Notes under the pieces: model-generated
Databases searched by the model: none
The model's input: the letters and a program-made list of their open reading frames with translations, nothing else
What the model was told of the DNA's origin: nothing
Assembly: GCF_963506605.1 (NCBI RefSeq)
Contig: NC_083277.1
Coordinates: 112,592,001 to 112,656,000 of the forward strand
Length of the DNA stretch: 64,000 nucleotides
Direction of reading: 5' to 3'
From: Zootoca vivipara
Lineage: Eukaryota
Position numbers and translations under genes: made by a program
In this document: positions 59,566-64,000 of the stretch, in pieces
Position numbering within the stretch: the first letter of the stretch is position 1
Layout of the letters: every line of letters begins with the position of its first letter

Positions 59566-60889
59566 TGACAGTCGGTATAGACCACTGTTGGGGAAATGAA
59601 CTACAACTCCTACCATCCCTGACCACTGGCCATCTTGGCTGGGGGCTGATGGGACTCAAAGCCCAGCAACCTCAGGAAAGCATCAGTTACCTACCCTAAC
59701 TGTGTAGATGGGACAAGAACTATCACCATTTCCCCACAGCAATGATGGTTGCCAGTGTTAGGGCTCCTCCCTGGGAAAACCCCCTCTTTGCCGCTGAATT
59801 GGAGTAAAGTGCAATTTGGTTTCCCATGGATTGACATTGCGGTAATAGTTTGGCTACAAATATTAGCCTCCTTTTGTAGACCTCTCTGTGGTTTCATTAC
59901 AACTGAGCAGTAGATACATTCTTAAAGTAAATAAATACTCAATAGACACTTTAAAATCCGCATACATTTAAGTTAATTCACAGGTGTAAAAGATTAATAG
60001 CTATTACTTTCTTTGATCATTATATGAACTTTGTAACTTTAATAATGTGTTTGGGATTACTTGTTGCTGCGCCCCCTCCCCTCTCCTCCCTATTCCTTTT
60101 TCTTTTTGTATCCTAACTTCTAGATTGTAAATCTGGGGGAAGAGATTGTCTTCTTTTTTATGGCTCTGTAAACTGCTGTTGGCTAAAGAACACCCCCATT
60201 TATTCACCCCCATTTCCATGCCTCCTCCTTCCTCCTTTTTTCAACTTCCTTCTATTTTCAACTCCTCCCTGCACACAGACCACCCTGTTGGATAAGCTTG
60301 TTCAGTTAGAGAGCTCAGTAAGTAAGTTCATTTGATGGACGGTGTACATATTTTGTTGTTAATGAAATATCTGTTTTAAATCACTGCATTGAATTTGGAA
60401 CTTGAAGGCAACACACGGGGCCAGGAATGAAATATACTGTGGGAAGGCGCGATGGAATCTTTGAGGGCCCTGCATCCTTTATCTCTCTCATATGAGGCAG
60501 CTGAGGAATGGGAAACAGAGATGTTTGAGTACAGCAAGAAGGAAGGGACACTGATGTATTCTCCTTCATTTCTCCTAGTCCCCCTTCTTGCTCTTCCGCA
60601 GCACTGCAAATGCCCCTTTCAACCCCACCCACTCCCATCTGCCCCTCCTGAATCCTCTTCCTCTCCAGCTTTCTTCCATCGTGTCATCAGAGCCCTTAAC
60701 CTCCCCCTTCTCCCATCCGTATCTAGCTTTCTTCCCCTTCATCCAAATGCCGTTTTCATCCTCACCCAGTTCCACCTGCCCCTTCACTAATTCCTCCTCT
60801 CTTCCCCTGTCAACAGACTAAAACTGTCAAACACAAAAACACTTCTGCCTCTGCCTTCCCTAAGCTCCCACTAGGCATTAACTATACAC

Positions 60890-61151
60890 TGTTGTTGTTT
60901 AGTTGTTTAGTCGTGTCCGACTCTTTGTGACCCCATGGACCAGAGCACGCCAGGCACTCCTGTCTTCCACTGCCTCCCGCAGTTTGGTCAAATTCATGTT
61001 CGTAGCTTTGAGAACACTGTCCAACCATCCCATTCTCTGTCGTCCCCTTCTCCTTGTGCCCTCAATCTTTCCCAACTTCAGGGTCTTTTCCAGGGAGTCT
61101 TCTCTTCTCATGAGGTGGCCAAAGTATTGGAGCCTCAGCTTCAGGATCTGT
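60890..61151 (-). mobile_element. BovB (RTE) LINE 3' fragment
   Basis: Encodes QILKLRLQYFGHLMRREDSLEKTL...GVTKSRTRLNN; (CAA)n tail; TSD CTATACAC (60882-60889, 61152-61159). Confidence 0.93.
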
Positions 61152-61504
61152 CTATACACACGTCACCTTTCTTGGTCTCTCCTTTCCCCATCACTGCCTT
61201 TCGAACCTAAGGGGAAAACCAATGAAAACAGCATGATGGCGGACTAGTATAGAGATAAATAATATTTAATACGGTATTATTGGTTGTCAAGTGTGATGGC
61301 CTTTTCTTAAATATATATATGAACAGCCATCAAAAACCATTGGAGAAATATCTTGTCATTCATGCCCATGTTTTTGATGGCTGTTCACTGCTGGCTATAC
61401 CTTCTGGCCAAAGTACCAAATGGTGGTTGAGAGACTAGTGTGTCCCTGTGTTTGTGTGTGCCTAGAGAGAAAAACGGTGTGAGAACTGGAAAGTAGGCAG
61501 TGAA

Positions 61505-61860
61505 GAACAGAAGAAAACCCCTGCTGGATCAGACTGAAAGGCCTCCCTGGTCCAGCATCCTATTCTTAGGATGGGCAACCAGGTCAAAGCCTGCAAACAG
61601 TACCTGACTGTAACAGCACTGTTCTCAGGCAACTGGTACTCAGAGGCATGTGGCCTCCTGCAATGAAGCCATGGACAGCTTTATCCTCCATTTGTCTAAT
61701 CTTCTAAAGCCATCAGAGATGGTGGCCATCACAGCCTCTTGTGGGAACAAATTTCATAGTTCAACTACCTGCTGCATGAATAATAACTTTATTTTGTCTG
61801 TCCTGAACCTGCCAACATTCCTCTTTGTTGAATGTCCCTGGGTTCCAGCATTAGGAGAGG
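61505..61860 (-). mobile_element. Old CR1-type 3' fragment (same family as the host of the BovB at 29735)
   Basis: Minus-strand translation VGRFRTDKIKLLFMQQVVEL; CTGCTGGATCA...GGCAACTGGTA...AGAGGCAT shared with about 29535-29700. Confidence 0.7.
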
Positions 61861-63016
61861 GAGGTGGGGAGAAAGGAAAACAGGCTAAGTTTTGCAGCTG
61901 GCTTGGAAACTCCGAAGTCATAGTATTTGGGAGGCAGAAGGGGGACGGGTGCCGATCTGGATGCTTGCCTGCTTCCCCCCCCCCAAACCGATATTCCAAA
62001 AACACAAGTCTCTAGAGATCTTTTCTCAGACTACCCTCTACAAGGCTGTCTCCCTGAAACTTCCTGCTGTTCTGGCTAACAGAAATCCTTAATACTACCA
62101 TTAATAAATAGCCACAACTGCCATGAACATCGACTGCAACTTAAAGAACTTGTGCTTGCTTCTTCCTCCTCCCTTCTGTTACTTCTTCACGGCATGTGAT
62201 TGTGAGCCTCTCTTGGTGACTGTCTTAGAGCTGGTTTTTGTAAGCTGCTCTGAGAGCCCCTTTTTCGCCTACGAGGTGGGATATAAATGCAATAAACAAG
62301 TAGCTAAGTCAGTAAATAAATAATGAAATGTATTAGTGTCCCACGGCATGCCTGAGAGGCCGATGCTGGGATGTAACACTGGGGCAAGAGTGCGGGGAGA
62401 GTCTGAGTGCTGGAGGAAGGGGCAAGGGGAGGATGTTGCAGTGACTGCCAGTAGACAAGGCTTCTGCTTTGCTGCTTTCCCAGTAAAGGTTGGATGGATG
62501 GTTGGCGTCAGTTTATGTTTATGACTCCGAGAAAGCAAAGCTGGGAGATATGTCAACATTCTCTCCCTTCCCAATCCAATCCTGGCTGGTTCCCAAGTGA
62601 AATCACAGTGCTGGAGAGAACGTTGCTTGACTGGGCCTGTGCAAGATACATTCCCCAATTGCTGCCACAGGAATCCGTCTAATGACATTCCCGGCTGTTC
62701 CTTGAAGCCAAGAGCTCAGGCTGCTTATGACGAGCCATAAAAACAGCCCAAGTCTCCTTCTTTGCAATGTGATGGTGGGTAGATGCAAAAAAAATGTATT
62801 TATTTACACGGCACAGACAGGATGTGTTAGATTATAGCGCTTCAATCCTGCTCCTATGTGCTGGGCGAGAGACATTTGAGAAAGCTACATTTGAGAAAGA
62901 AATACAGATTTGTATGTCGTGGGAGGAAGCACAATGTGGAAATGAGCATGCCAAATCCTTTTTTCATAGGGTCCAGTTTTGTGAAGTGCATTGCAAAATA
63001 GATTTCCCTGCAGTCC

Positions 63017-63058
63017 GGAAGGAAGGAAGGAAGGAAGGAAGGAAGGAAGGAAGGAAGG
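63017..63058. repeat. (GGAA)n microsatellite
   Basis: Read directly from the sequence. Confidence 0.95.
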
Positions 63059-63149
63059 AGACGTGAAGTTTTTGCCAGCAAGAAGCAGCCCTGGGAAGAC
63101 TTCTGGGGGACGGATGCTATCTCAAGATTAGTACTGTACTGCTTTGTCT

Positions 63150-63552
63150 AGATGTTTTGTCTACTTCCTGCTCCTTAAAGTTGTATATTGGAACATATAC
63201 ACACTCATTCACACTTGAAACAAGACATGAACCAGAACATACCCATCTTCTAAAACTTGCACTTCTCTGAATTTTGCAATGCAATTTTCCAGCCAAGTGA
63301 TATGTACAAGGCTGCATATACCAGGACAAAGCCTGCATAAAAATACATACATTGGTGGAAATGATGTACAAAAATGCATTATGTTAGGCAAAATCACATA
63401 CAAAAAGGTATATCAGAAGAAATTTGCACAAAAATGCTGATGAATTTTCATGAGGATTAGAATTTTTTCACAAATTGATGTGGAAATGTGGAGAGCTGAA
63501 TTTATGATGGGAACAAATGAGAAAAAGACATTGACAAATTCGTCCCTCCCTA
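63150..63552 (-). mobile_element. Old AT-rich interspersed repeat (TAGGGA terminus); relatives near 33175-33430 and 43645-43710
   Basis: Shared TCTCAGTTTCTCATTT...CAGTTCTCCACATT-like segment at three loci. Confidence 0.55.
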
Positions 63553-64000
63553 GTCAGGAGTCTTTGGAAGGGAAGGGTTAGTGTTCCAAGTGCTTCCAGG
63601 TCAGGCTAATGAACTGTATCTGGTTTGTTATCTCTGCATGGAGATGAATCTGGACATTGTCAAACTGAAGGCTGTGTACATTTACAGAGGCGTCTGCACA
63701 ATGTCACCCAGAAAGCTGTTGGGGTCAAAGTGGGCCAAAGCATTGGAGAAAGAAGTAGAGGGGAGCTGTATTCCCTCCTCCCTCTCAGCCATGAAGTTGG
63801 CCACCTTAATGATTTGTGGGAAGAGCAGACCCTTCCGATAGGCTCCTCTTAGGAGCAAAGATGTTTTATCAAAGTCCAATCTCCCTCTCTCTGCTCCCGA
63901 TTTTAAAAAGGGGCCAATCAGTCTTGGTTCAGGCATGGCTGATCTTTCCAGAGCCCCAGCAAGTAGTAATGAGGGATCCCTCAATAGATCATTTTGTTTG

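Noticed and set aside
63581-63984. ORFs near the right end as exons of the next gene
   Set aside because: No recognisable protein similarity or convincing splice-site pair.

Overview
This is vertebrate nuclear DNA, almost certainly a squamate and probably a lacertid lizard, judged from Sauria SINEs, BovB/RTE, CR1, L2 and Penelope fragments and abundant hAT MITEs. Only one protein-coding gene can be built. It is a five-exon, minus-strand ATP synthase c-subunit gene (about 13365-22035; 423-nt CDS, 140 aa), best matching ATP5MC2. A second CpG-island promoter with a minus-strand non-coding first exon (donor at 2637) lies about 10.7 kb downstream and is probably ATF7 by synteny (inference). The 42 kb to the right has no recognisable exon. 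It is TE-rich and punctuated by repeat-free, homeodomain-motif-rich blocks that look like conserved enhancers of the desert leading towards HOXC13. Nearly all ORFs in the supplied track are spurious or TE-derived. I found no new gene system. The most notable structure is a set of non-autonomous hAT elements, many with verifiable 8-bp TSDs, that carry unusual cargo: a promoter/first-exon-like GC-rich segment (46792-47688, triply nested), an L2 tail carried at three loci, YY1/ETS motif arrays, and a CTCGCGAG palindrome. TE family names come from recalled diagnostic motifs, not database searches; boundaries without a stated TSD are approximate.
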